A DNA stretch of 64,000 nucleotides from Callorhinchus milii (lineage: Eukaryota). Shown piece after piece: positions 27,915 to 41,091 of this stretch. Each line of letters begins with the position of its first letter. Position 1 is the first letter of the stretch. The notes under the pieces are model-generated. The model was not told the DNA's origin and searched no databases. It saw only the letters and a program-made list of their open reading frames with translations. The DNA lies in contig NW_024704743.1 in assembly GCF_018977255.1 (NCBI RefSeq), positions 33,110,001-33,174,000 of the forward strand, read 5' to 3'. A program made the position numbers and the translations under genes.

Positions 27915-28335
27915 CTCTAAACACCAAAGTGCTTCCATGTTTTTCCATTTATCTTGGTAGCAGCAATCTGTGATCAAGTTTATTTTGCGACTCTTTGCAA
28001 AATCATTCTGAATGTCATATGGCTGCATAAACCAAACTAGGAATTAACAAACCTGTCAAAGGAAGTAATTGAGGTTCTGCACTGTCCATCATAAGGGCTT
28101 TAATTTGATACCTGCCATAGTTCCTATACAGCACATCAGGATTCAAATTGCAGCCTGCACGGTGGGATAGTACAGGAACTCAGCGTCTTCCTTTGACAGG
28201 TTTGTCATACCCCTGGGTTAGTTTGTGGAGCCATAATACAATTCAGTCTAATTTTGCGAATGGTAAATCAGCATGTCCATATATTTATATTGCTGCCACT
28301 AAGAATAATGCAAAGACTTGGCATTAGGTTCCATG
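27915..28335. repeat. Large degenerate inverted repeat (palindromic MITE-like relic)
   Basis: Perfect 19-bp arms ACAAACCTGTCAAAGGAAG (28047-28065) and CTTCCTTTGACAGGTTTGT (28187-28205), with imperfect pairing extending inward and outward about a centre near 28126. Confidence 0.85.
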
Positions 28336-28989
28336 TACAAAACTGATAAAAGAAAACGAACACTATGTTACATTGCTAGTTTGTCTCCACAAGCCACCAA
28401 TGATGTGTGGTTTTGCTAGCTACAATTCTTGCTAGACCCAACTTGGAGTCCTACCTCCAATTACCTCAACATACCATTTGATTCTTATGGTGAAGTTGAA
28501 GACTTTGAGGCTTCAGCCTATCGAAATTCTGTGTCTGCACAAATCCCTCAATTTCATTGTGTTAGTATTGCGATGGCAGCAAGATATTTGCACAGCGACA
28601 TTCACAAACCAATCTTACGATTCGTTTGCAATGTTCTGTTGCCGACCTCTCATTGCTTATTTGTGAATCTGATTTTTCTTCATGCTGCTGTCAATTACTT
28701 TTGCCAAATGATGGTAGTAAAATTGTAAAAAACCCCAGAGCAGGCTTTTTCCACATCCCGCTGCTTCTATTTGTCAAAGGGCATCATGATTCGAAAGCCC
28801 TTTGAAAGATTCAAAGTTGTTGAGCAATCATCTTGATTTGCACAGTAATGTCTAGATGCGAACACATACAAGGAATGTCATTTGATGCAAGACATCTCCA
28901 GATTGCTGAAGCCCCTCCCCCAACAAAACCAAAGATCATGAAATTGATGGAAAATTAACTAGTTTGACTAAAAGGGTTCATGAAGAGGA

Positions 28990-30175
28990 TGTAGATGCTC
29001 ATTGGGAAAAAGCTCAACAGTGATCAGTAGAAGGACGGTCTCCAAAGGTCTGTTCTGTGGTTCTACTATTTTCACTCCTTTAAAGAATTGAAAAGAAATA
29101 TTAAAATTGCCTTTCTTTCCTGATTTTCAGTAACAATTACCCGTTTGGTCAGGTGCAAACGAAAATCGATAAAAAGCTATTTTTACCTAAATTTAATTTT
29201 TAAAATCCAAATTTGTCAATTTTATTCAAAATCCATGATAGTGTACCACATCCTGAAACTCGCCTTGCTTCATTGTTGGTTCCGGGAATGTTGGCAAGAG
29301 AAATTTCTGATTTTGCTCAAATGTACTCATATTTTGTTATATCAATTTTTCCTTTCCCTTTATTTTCTCCTTTTTTTAAAAAAAGTAGACCCCGAAAAAT
29401 GGCCAGGATTTGCTTTATGAATAGAAGATAACTTTAATTGTTCTTACTTGAAGAGCATTTGTGATTTTGTAACATTTTCTGATCATACCAATTGATGTTA
29501 TCAGGCAAATAGTGAGGATAAAATGTATCCAAGTAGGTCTGAAACAATTAACTGATTGAGCTAAGGAATACAGATGGATCTAATGTTAATAAATGCAAGG
29601 TAATGCACAACAGAAAAAACATTAAACTTTTGCACACAATTTGAAAAGGTATCCATTAACAGAGGTGCAGAAGGAAAGAGATCTGGGTGTGATTATTAAT
29701 CAGTCATTCGTGGTTTCCAGAAAGCATATGTCAACAAAGCTAAACAAACCCTACGTTGCTCTCCAGAGACAACACATCAAAGAATTATGCTAACTTCCTA
29801 TAGATCACAGGTGAAGCTGCATTTGAAACACCATGTGCAGTTTGAGGCACCTGCCTTCAAAAATAAAGGTGAAACTTTGGAAAAGGTTCAAAGAAAAGCA
29901 ACACCCCTGTTCCTGGAACTAGAGGACTAAGTTACAGAAGAATCTAAAAAGCTTAACTTTTTAAAAGGGAAACAAAGGATTGGAGGAATAAAGACATGAT
30001 GCAGGTGTACATGATGTAATATGGACCTTGTAGATGAAAGCAACCTATATGACTTGAGATGCGAGAGTAGAATCAGAAAGTATATATTTAAAATTAAAAT
30101 GCCTTGAGTGGGATTGGTGATTAAAATGACTCTTCTCTTCACTGTAGTTCATCTGTGGAACAGTCTTCCAAACCA
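28990..30175 (+). mobile_element. Old, heavily degraded CR1-like LINE 3' fragment (interrupted at about 29084-29433)
   Basis: Remnants of the motifs PQGSVLG.LLF (~29040), NVNKCKVMH (~29582), ERDLGVII (~29675) and LEKVQRKAT (~29877). Confidence 0.65.
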
Positions 30176-33100
30176 ATGAGATGCCATGTGTCCCTTCACT
30201 ATCTGAATGAGTGTCTGCTTTAGACCTGTATTATGTAGAACCTTTATGGTCGGCCAACAAAATAAATGTTCTTGATTGAATGGTTCTCGATATGTCTTAA
30301 AACAAGAAATATTGTTTTTCAATCACGGAAAAAACTGAAAACACACTAGCGATCGAACACAGACTTACCTAGACTCGCGTGAATATTCGAGGGGAAGGGG
30401 TGTGGGGGGGGGGGGTGTTTCTTGACAACCCTGCGGGCCACGGGTTGGTCATCACTGGTCCAGACCATGAATTCAAATCCTAATGTAGGGCTCAAACCCA
30501 CAACCTTCCGATTCAGAGGCAAAAGTGCCACCAACTGAGCCCAGAAACAGTGTTAATCTCCCCGACGTAAAATACAGAAAAGACTGGGTGTGGAGTCAAT
30601 GTGCCTTCACAGCGACCTTGCTGGGGTCTTTAAGAGAATAGCTATTGCTGGACTTGGATGGCAATTCTATTTCCTAAACAGTAGCCACCCTTGTAACCTC
30701 TAACGAGTGCCATATTATTCAATGGAACCACCTAAAAATTGGCTCAAACTTACTGGCACTGACAAGTCCCTGATTGGAATGGCTTAAATTCTAACACAGA
30801 CAATACATCGAGCCAACCTTGAGATGCACCGAGTCAGAGACTCAGGGTCATCACTTCTCCAATGAGCTTAATCTAACATTTGGAAGAGCATTTTGAAGCA
30901 GATATCACACCAAACCCTGCCATAGAAAGGCCTGCAGGCATATTTTGCCAATATTTCCCTCTTCTCTTTCCTGAATGTGCTGACTCAGACAATAGGGGAA
31001 GGGGGAGTTCACAGCCAAGCCAATCTATATCTTCATGCACACAAAATCCAATAGAAGTAAACTGGACAACAATCTAGAGAAAGAACTTGTGTGTTTACCC
31101 TTCTACCTACGCCTTTGTTTCGATCAAACCCATCATCCTGCTTAAGAGTATCCAAACCAGACAGAGTTATACATATGTATACCATATACACATGGAAATT
31201 TACCATTTTCGAGAATAGAATTATGAACACTCTGGAGAGACCCCACCCAGTTTACCTAATTCCAGAGAATACTAATAATAATAAACCTTGCATTTGATAT
31301 AGCACTTTTCACGTCTTCTAGAGGTCTCAAAGAGCTTCACAGAATATATTGTAAAGTGAATTGACTGTATATTTGTGGGCGAAATACTGAATACAGATTG
31401 ACAAAAGTCAAGCCTTAGGGATCCCAGGGTGTACTTTGAACTCCAGCAGTGCTCCACCCAGTTAAAACTACATAGCTTGCCACTGAAAGCACTGTCTGGC
31501 AAGCTTCCTGTTGGTTATTCAGCTAGGACCAACCTACTAGTTAGAGCTCTGACGAGCAGCGCTAACAGGAGCTGAGAGGAAAGAATCCCTGCTCCTATAT
31601 TGGGAACCATACAGCATCATGGTCAGAGATACATTGATCTTCATAGTGCCAAAGCACTAGAACTTGCAAAATAAGTACCTATTAAAAGTAGTTGCTGAAC
31701 ACTACGCGAATAGGGATCTGGAAATATTTAACAGGAATGTATCATACACATCAGACCTTGATGCGTAATAAAGAGATTGAATAAATAATTAGGTCATGGC
31801 TTCAGTGTCCTACAGGTTAGATAACTTTTTAAGTAATTACAAAATGAAATTGCAGGAGAAAGCGGGTTAGGTAAGGAAACTTCAAACATAAAACACCAAT
31901 AACTCAAAATGTCATGCAATGATAGTTCAACACTAGTGTGAAATCGTTGGCCTGCTTACACACTGCTAAAATATATAAAAGTACAATACATAAATAATTG
32001 CCACAATGAGTAAAATGGCCACTATCTAACATGATTACGATGAATTCTAAATTACAATTTGTGCAAACAGGCACACGAGTGAACTTTGTTTTCTGTGTTT
32101 TTTTTGTCTCCATTTGTAGAATCTTTCCCCATATGGGTATTGTCAATTTGCCACCTTCCTGCTTTGTAGCATTCGTAAAAAAACACACACACACTTCTGA
32201 ATATAAATTGCAGACTGCTCTGCTGAATGAACATGATTCAGCACTCGGTGTGGCTTGCAATTTCCACTTCACCTCCCTATCTGTCCCTTACTTTGCTGCA
32301 ACCAGATCGATAATAAGCTTTTCAAGAACAACATCATAAAGGGCAGCCCAGTTGGAACATGCCCTAGTTGATGGCAGGTTCATTTACAGTAAGGGTCTAA
32401 TGTAGACCTATGCTATTCTGGACTTGCAGTAAACCGAGCTTCCAGCTCGAAAACAATGCCTGGTCATCAGGTCAAAGCTGCATCATGTGCAGGAATCCTC
32501 ACTGACATCACTTTGCAAAGNAAAAAAATCTCCTGATGACTTGGAAACAGGTCATTTTTTTCACACTTTGTTATAAGATATTGGACCTAGATGACGGGTT
32601 TACAAACGAGCTTGCCATGTATGTTTGTCTTACACCCACCCATTTCCTTAGGTTTTCCCTGCAATTCAAATAATAAATGTTGAAACATCTCGCACAAATT
32701 ACTGTCAAATGTATATCTGTCAGCAAATGTTAGCATACAACAAGATCCCACAAATGGCCATGAAGCGAATCACTAATTTAACAAGAGGAATGTTGGCCAG
32801 TACACTGATAGAAACTTCCTTCTCTTTTTGAATATAGAGTTATGTGACCCTTAACACCCAACTGAACAGACAGACAGGACCTTCATTGGAACAATTTATC
32901 CAAAGGACAGCACCTCCAACAATTCAGCACTTCCCTAGTGCTGGACCTTGAACCCACAACCGTCCAACCCAGAGGCAACAGACCAGCAACTAAGCCAAGC
33001 TGACACATTCCCCATTAGTAACTTTGAGTCACTATGCTAGTCAATCTTATTATAAACTGAAGCTTTTTTGATCCAATGCGATCAAGGAATGACACAAACA

Positions 33101-36100
33101 CATCACTGTAGAGGCAGACGTGCTTGTTGCAACACTATGCAGAAGGGGGTATATTGATGAGTTCTCAAGTTTAGTCTATATATAGAAAATGCACATTAGC
33201 ATTTTATCAAAAAAAAACTTGAGGCACAAACCATTAGGCATTCGGTTTATACAATATATTCTTTGAAATTACAACTAATTATTCAATAATATACAACAGA
33301 TTTAATTTAAAAATGTATATAGAGGAAACAAGCCATATGAACAAATATACAGTTTATAAATTATATCAAATCTAGAATAAATTTGCTCATGTTTTAACTA
33401 AGCTGATCATTCCAGTCAGGATGCAAGTTAACCTTTGCTTTGAAAGTTACTCTTTGCTTTGAAACTCAATGCAATACATTTAACTGGGCAATAATAAATT
33501 GTGTAATTAATATACAAAAGAGGCCAGTACCAAATTTTAGGGAATGTTAAAAATATCAAAAGGGAAGAGAAAAAGGAGTTAAAAGTGAGAAACAGAGATA
33601 GAGAATTCAGATGTAGAGGTGCAGTTGATACATGAGTGCAGAGTGGGGGTCTAGATCAGGCAGTCATGAAGATCTTTTATATTTATTTCTATGACTCATG
33701 AATCTTATCTACTGTAGAATTCAATCTTTAGAGAAAATAGCACCACATATACCATATTCTATTATATTTACAATATATCCTAGCTTGCCCATTTACTTCA
33801 CAAACCGTTTATGGGATACTGCTGCATGCAAATTGGCTGTCATCTGCACTTTAAATAATCTTGAAGCACTTTAAGACATTGACAATGTGATAAGGAGCTA
33901 TATTAAATACAAGGATTACTATATATTGTACTTGAGAGGTATGTGAATCACTATGGCACAAACAAAAAGGAATTGAAATCAAGTTTCAACATATCCCAGT
34001 CAATTGGAAATCCTTATTATAAATATACATAACCAAATTCTCATTTGTGTCTCAGAAGGGCTACAGAGATGGAAAAACAGACCTTTATTGAAAGGAATAA
34101 CAAAGCATGTGCATCTCTTTTTTTATAGGCAATCTCAACCACTTTACTGAATTTCAAAATCATTGAAGAGTGAAAATTTACAATATACGGGGACAAAATA
34201 AATAACTCTTCCCAGGGTCAGTAGAACACGAAAACAACAAGATTTAAATGGCTTAATTTTATTTAGGAAATGCTGCCAGGGAGATTTTACACATCTCCAT
34301 CCAATCTGAATCCCAAATATAAACTGCACGACAAAATATTTCAGAGCACAAATACACAAAAAGCCCATTCTGCACTTAAACCGCAGGAAGTATAATTGGT
34401 CCCAATAGGAAACGTAGCTTTGAATACACAGTACTGTGGACAATATGCTTAGCATACCTACAGCTGCCAATCACACAGGAACCTGTCATGCAGTAAAATT
34501 ACAGGAACATGATCTTATGACCCTCAGCACTTCACCAGTCTTGAGAAAACAAGTTCCCCAAAGTGTTTTTTAAAAATCACACTACGCCAAAATTACAGCA
34601 ACCTGGGACCTTTGGACCTTGGGCTCTGTGGGTTGGAATGCAGATGTGAAGTGTGACTGAAATCTACAGACCCATGGTTAATTTTATCGACTATATCAAA
34701 ATGGTTTCAGAGCACACGAGTGTTAGTGACATGCAACACCAAAGAAATAGATTTTTGCTTATGCTAATTTCAAACAAGTAAATTTACATTCAATTTCTTT
34801 AAATACAATGAAATGTGAGTTAAGGATAGTAAAAGGGAAACCCTATACAATCCAACGGCAACATTAAATGAGTAGATTCCACCTAAGCTCTAAGCTTCCA
34901 CTGACCATGAATAACTTGATTTCAGTGATACCAACACGATGAGAGCAGTAGATTTCTCTCGCACACTTGCTCACTTTATTTCGCTATCAAGTTCACCTAT
35001 TAAACTTTACCAATCAAATTCCTAACAATTATTCCTATGTAATGCAAGTGTAATATGATTAACTTACTGTAAAAGTAATAAAAGGATTATATAAGTACTA
35101 CCAATAACATATTTGATTCTGTAAATAATTATTTACAGAAATAAGTAAATACTTGATTATTAATTATTATTATGGTAATTATTATTATTCTATACAATAC
35201 AAACCCTTTACAGTTTGAAGACGTTAAAAGCTACGTGTTTTGTCAGTTGACCAGTCTTCCGATGGGCAAGATTAAAAGGCTGAGAATTTCTCTCATAATT
35301 GGTGCATTGGAACATAAAGATCAATACTCAGAAACTCCAATTGATTCTGACAGCATTTGCAACCCTTGTGTCCTGACAAACATTGTAGTTAGCCTTATTG
35401 ACATAAACACATTCATTAAGACAGCTAAAATCTGCACAAGGATCACAAGAATTATTGTTACAGGTTTATTAATTCATATTTATGGAAATTTTACTTTATT
35501 TTAGTAAAAACTAATTTGGAACAGAAGCCATTAATAATGTTATCAGAGCAAAGCAGAGCCTTGCACAATTCCTCCCAACCCCTCCTAATATGTTCACACT
35601 TTGTTATTTATCTAACCCCAATTATTTCCAAGTCTTTTACCATATGAATTTTGCTGATTTTAGAAACATATTGGAATAGAGCAGGAAGGGAAAAAATTGG
35701 TAAATCATATCAACCCATAGTATTTTACTTGCACACAGCAATATACCACAAACAGTCATAACCGTGATATAACCAATAAGTCATAACCGTGTATATTCGA
35801 TTACAAAGTCATAAATTGTAAATCTGTTAATGCAAGAGTTCACTCTGAAAAGTTAAATAGCACTAAATAATTGATGCACCGTATCATATGAACTGCCCAG
35901 TCTTGCATTGCGTAAAGCCAGGATCATGAAACCTGTCGTCAATAACACAAAAAGCAACTTCAACATTCAATGTGCACCAAGCAGCTTGTACCTCAGGCTG
36001 ACTGTCAGTCTGCCTCAGTTGGTAGCACCCTCAACTGTGCATCAGAAGATTGTGAGGTCAAGCCCCATGTCAGTCGTATCTTTGAGCTCAGAGTCAATGC

Positions 36101-36413
36101 TGGCACTCCAATACAGTGCCTGCTGACATGAAAGGCACTATACAAATGTAATTTGTTGTTGTTGTTGGGGAGCCCTGCATTGTCAGAGGTGCTTTCCTTC
36201 GGATGAGAAGTTAAAAGAAATATCACGTCTGACTGTTGAGGTGGACGTGAAAGATCCAAAGGCACTATTTGAAAACGTTTCTCCCAGAGTCTGCCTAATC
36301 TGGTGTCTCCAGACAATAATAATGCTTGCATTTGATAATAGAACCTTGTCATGTCATCAAGACAACTCAAAGAACTTCACAGAATATTCAGTAAAGTGGT
36401 GTCCCACAAACAG

Positions 36414-37952
36414 ATGTACTGAATGTGTACTTTGCATCTGTCTTCACAAAAGAAGTGGATGCACCAAATACCACAGTATCAGAGGAGAGGGTAGAGGAAA
36501 CAGATAAGTATAAACAGAGAGTAAGTACTGAAAAGGTTGACTGCGCTGAAGGTAGATAAGTCGCCCGGTCCGGACGGGATGCAGCCAAGGTTACTATGGG
36601 AGGCACGGGTTCAAATAGTGGAGGCTTTGGTTACAATTTTTCAATCTTCGTTGGACACAGGAGTGGTGCCAGAGGACTGGAGAGTGGCCAATGTGACTCC
36701 CCTGTACATAAAAGGACAGAAGGACAAACCTGGGAACTACAGGCCAGTCAGCCTAACATCAGTAGTGGGGAAACTCCTGCAGACTATAATCCGGGACAGA
36801 ATAAATCTTCATTTAGAAGAATATGGGTTAATTAGGGACAGCCAGCACAAATTTGTTAAAGGCAGATCTTGTCTAACAAATCTAATAGAATTTTTCGATG
36901 AGGTAACGGAGAAGGCTGCTTTTCTGACTGGAGGTAAGTGTACAGTGGCGTCCCCCAGGGATTGGTATTAGGACCACTGCTCTTCTTAATATACATAAAT
37001 GATCTGGACTTGGGTATAGCAAGTACCATTTCCAAGTTTGCAGACGACACAAAGTTAGGTAGGGTGATAACAGTGAGAAGGATGGTAGCCTACTGCAGGA
37101 AGACGTAGACAGAATGATAAAATGGGCAGACACATGGCAGATGAAGTTCAATGTGGAGAAATGCGAGGTAATGCATTTTGGTAGAAAGAATGAGGGGAGG
37201 CAATATAGGCTGGTAAGACAATCTTAAGGGGTGTAAAAGAACAGAGAGACCTGGGGGTGCAGGTAAATTGATCCTTGAAGGTGGTAGGACAGGTAGATAA
37301 AGCTGTAAAAAGGGCATATGGGATACTAGGCTTTACAAATAGGGGCATAGAGTACAAGAGTCAGGAGGTTATGATTAACCTATATGAAACACTGGTTAGG
37401 CCTCAGTTAGAATATTGTGTCCAGTTCTGGGCACCACACTATAGGAAGGATGTTAAGGCATTGGAAAGGGTGCAGAGGAGATTTACGAGGATGGTACCAG
37501 GAATGAGGGACCTTGATTATGAGGAAAGGCTGGAGAGGCCGGGATTATTCTCATTGGAGCAGAGAAGATTACGAGGAGACCTAATAGAGGTCTTCAAAAT
37601 CATGAGAGGATTTGATAGGTTAGAAAGGGAAAAACTGTTTCCACTAGTGGGTGTGTTGGTGACTCAAGGTCACAGATTCAAAATCATCTCTAGATGAAGC
37701 AGAGGGGAGGTGAGAAGACATTTTTTCACGCAGTGAGTTGTTAGAATCTGGAATGCATTGCCTGAAAGGGTGGTCGAGGCCGATTCGATAACAACTTTTA
37801 AAAACGCAGTGGACGGGTATTTGAGGAGGATGGGTTTGCAGGGTTATGGGGAAAGGGCTGGGGAGTGGGATTGATATTACGTTGCTCTTTTCAAAGAATC
37901 GGCACAGACTCGATGGGCCGAATGGCCTCTTTTTGTGCTGTACGATTCTATG
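36414..37952 (+). mobile_element. CR1-clade LINE, 5'-truncated ORF2 (RT) with internal deletion, stops/frameshifts and intact 3' end
   Basis: Translates to VLNVYFASVFTKE ... KSPGPDG ... PEDWRVANVTPL ... GNYRPVSLTSVVGKLL ... SCLTNLIEFF ... [21 protein letters not shown] ... SKFADDTK ... LVRPQLEYCVQFWAPHYRKD ... RRLRGDLIEVFKI. The 3' UTR ends GATGGGCCGAATGGCCT...GATTCTATG. AAACAG direct repeats flank it (36408-36413 and 37953-37958). Confidence 0.96.
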
Positions 37953-38001
37953 AAACAGCCAAGGAGTGGGTGGCTAATTTTTTTCAATTTTTTAAAAAAA
38001 G

Positions 38002-38375
38002 TAATAATAATCCTTGCATTTGATATAGTGCCTTATCACATCATTGAGATGTCTCAAAAGGCTTCACAGAATATACTGTAAAGAGAATTTTGACTGTATA
38101 TTTTGTGGGCAAAACGTGATGGCCAATTGTGCACAGCAGTATCCCACAAACAGTCGTGGATTGAGTGACCAATTAATTTTTTTTAAAAAAAGGAATTATT
38201 ACCCCCAGAAAAGCGATCCACCAATCGACTAACAACCGGGTTCTTACTTACTGCTAGATAAACAGAGGCAGTGTGGAGTAAGGAAACTTGCCGAAAGTTT
38301 TGCCCTGTTCGGAATCAAACCCAAGTCTCTTGCTTGCGAGGCGAGTGCTCTAACCACTGAGCTACAGGACTCCAC
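38002..38375 (-). mobile_element. tRNA-derived SINE, long subfamily, full length
   Basis: Reverse complement with head ...AACCACTGAGCTACAGGACTCCAC and the extra central segment. Confidence 0.93.
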
Positions 38376-38729
38376 GTGCCTCGGTTTGTGATTTAAGTGG
38401 ATGTTAAAGGCCTCCCATTTTCCCCCCGGTCGCTTCATGGGTGTTGTGGCATATTGCTGTGTGCAATTTGGCTACCACATTCACCCACAAAAATACAGTC
38501 ACAACACCTTATGGTAAAATTCTGTGATGTTGTGACAACAGAATAAGGCATCATATTAAATGCAAGATTTTTGTAAAAAAAACAAGTTTTTTTGTCCTTC
38601 AACAATGCCCATACAGCTACTTTGATGTAAAAGAGCCTCCCAAAGTACTTCAGAAATTGAGAATTAGAAATTAATACAGGCAAACACAGCTGGTAATCAC
38701 CAGCAATGTGATTGTTCAAGTCCCTCATT

Positions 38730-39045
38730 TGCACCTTTAAATCCCTTCACATTCACAGCCCATCCATCTCTGTGACCTTCCCAAACCCTACAACCTCAGC
38801 CATTCCCTTCACTCAGTGAGCACCAGCCTTTTCACATCCCCCACCCTACCTGCCCCACCATCGGTAGATGGACTTTCAGCTTTACTACCCCCACCCTCTG
38901 GAACTCGCTCACCTTATTCAATGTCCATCTCAAGACTCTCCTTTGGTCATCTTCCCCTTCTTATCCTTAGCTTGGGCAACTAGCTAGTATTATTAAGTGC
39001 TTTGGAATATCCTCTCGACATCCAAGGTGTTACATAAATGTAAAT
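38730..39045 (+). mobile_element. Degraded L2 3' fragment
   Basis: FKSLH...CCCACCATCGG...CTCTGGAACTC and a degenerate tail stem-loop. Confidence 0.7.
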
Positions 39046-40993
39046 TTGCAGTGTACTGTAATGTCCTCCAAACAACAAGATGAGTTGCCAATTTATGGAA
39101 ATATTTGACATGAATGGGGGGAAAGAGAATTGGGGGCCCTTAATACCCATGTGAATCACAAGACCAAAATATTTACCATAGTCAATTTATGGGCATATTC
39201 AGGTTACTGGGGCCAGAAAAGATAACTACATCCAGCGAAGCAATTACTCCAAAATCCAAGCTATTAGTGGAAAGTTATTGTGAATCCTATCCCTTCATTC
39301 ATTCCAATAATATTCCCAGAGGCAGAATTATAATGAATAAGATGATAATGTTAGTTATCGAAAAACAATATCAAAATCATACTATAGTAAAACAAATGTA
39401 TAATAACAATACTATCAGAATTATCTTTGGTGCAGTAAAAAAGTGTGAGTTCAGCTATAAATGGGAACAATATCTGTAGAACTCATGTAAGTACTGTAAT
39501 TCTCAAAATTACTAACTCACAATGTTCCACAGTAAATTGTGTAGCATTCAACTGTGATTTCTAAATGCTGTGGAAAACATTCAGTTTCAAAATGAAGCAA
39601 ATCTTATCATTTGGTATGATTGTACCCTCAAATAAACTTTGAGCAAAAATACTCCCTCTGAATTCGTCATGGTTACATTCAACTGCATTTTAGTCTTGGG
39701 ATTGAGCATGTTCAAAGAGGAATTCCCATGCAATCGGTTACTTTTCTTGTTTATGTCAACCCTTACTTGCCCTTTCTACATTGACTTAACAAATTTGAAG
39801 ACTCAGATGACTCATAGTTTATGGACTGGAGAGTAATGGATGAAGCCACAGTATCACACGTTAAATGCTTTATAAAGCTGTGACAAGCACGCGATCTACG
39901 ACTGTGCTCCAGTACAGATTGCTTGATTTGCTTCACATACAAACCCATCTTCAAAACTCTTTAAAAACAAAAATCAACCATACAGAGGTCCACGCAGATG
40001 ACCCAATTTCATAGCAAAGAAAAACATGTTCAAGCCAAAATTAACTTTATGAACACTCAATTGAATGTATTCTACATACCAATAATATGAAAATAAGACA
40101 CTGTGTTCCTCTCACACTGTAACATACGGTGATGGGGCATCCAAACAGGCCATTAGGCCCAACTCATCCATGTCCAGTGTTGATATTACACACAAGCCCC
40201 ACCTCTGCTGTTCCCCTCTCCCATACCACTCTATTCCCTTCTCCCTCACCTACGCATAAAAGTTCTTTCTTAAATACATTGACACTTTTATTTGAACCGC
40301 CGCTTCCGGCACCCATTCTCGGTGCCCTCTGCAATGAAGACGTTCCTCCTGAACTCTTTATTGGATCTTCCAGGCATCTTATATTAATGTCCTTGTTTGT
40401 TGGGGACTTGAGCATCGCAATTCACTGAATAATGAAGTCACTCCAATAAATATCATTGAAATGTAGCTCCCATGCACTTGAATTAAGACTGCACCCCCCC
40501 CCCCACACACACACACACTCATATAAAGATCAAAGCGTTCACAAAGCATCCCCACTGGGTCCACAAACACCGTCAATTACGACAGCAGCACGTCTGCATG
40601 TCGGCCACAACTAAAAATATTCCATTTCTTGTGAGAGCACAGTTCATTTTGCTCTCAGATCTCATTTTGATGGCTTGTGTTCTGTGATTGTTGCCATTAG
40701 GCTTTCTGACTGAAGTCGGGACGTTGAAGCTTCAACCACACAGGCACTTTGCAACAAGACTTGTCAACAAAAACAAATCAAGTGTCAAAGGACTCGAGTC
40801 CTGAAGCTTATCGGTTTATATACAGTTTTGCAATATGGAATAGGACTTCGCATCCTGGGCCAAGAGAGCAAAAACATGCAAACACCAGAGGGGAGAGGAG
40901 GGGGGGGGGGGGGGGGAGAAAGGACCAAGATCAAGACCTCACCATATTGGCAGATTTACAGCTTCTTCTTTTAATAAACGGTTCATCACTCAC

Positions 40994-41091
40994 CAAAACT
41001 TTATTTTCCACCTTGTCACTTTTGATCTCCACTTTCACCTTCTTCTTCAAGGCAATTTTAACCTTCCTCCCGATAACATCCCTGACGCTCT
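40994..41091 (-). CDS. CARMIL1: CARMIL1 coding exon 2 (start of the N-terminal/PH-like region)
   Basis: ttttccag|AG AGC GTC AGG GAT GTT ATC GGG AGG AAG ... AAT AAA GTT TTG|gtgagt. 98 nt, encoding (E)[32 protein letters not shown], close to recalled human [37 protein letters not shown] sites are canonical and 40+98=138 nt keeps frame. Confidence 0.96.

Larger units (their letters stand above)
1..40993 (-). other. CARMIL1: CARMIL1 intron 2 (over 40.9 kb, runs off the left end of the window)
   Basis: Starts at the GTGAGT donor at 40993. I looked by eye for the expected next exon (VLTSCRAFLxTARIPxK-like) on the minus strand and did not find it. Confidence 0.75.

Noticed and set aside
32521..32521. 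Single ambiguous base n, with a 9-bp inverted pair GTCATCAGG/CCTGATGAC nearby
   Set aside because: The n is an assembly ambiguity beside a poly-A run, and the short inverted pair is too weak to call.
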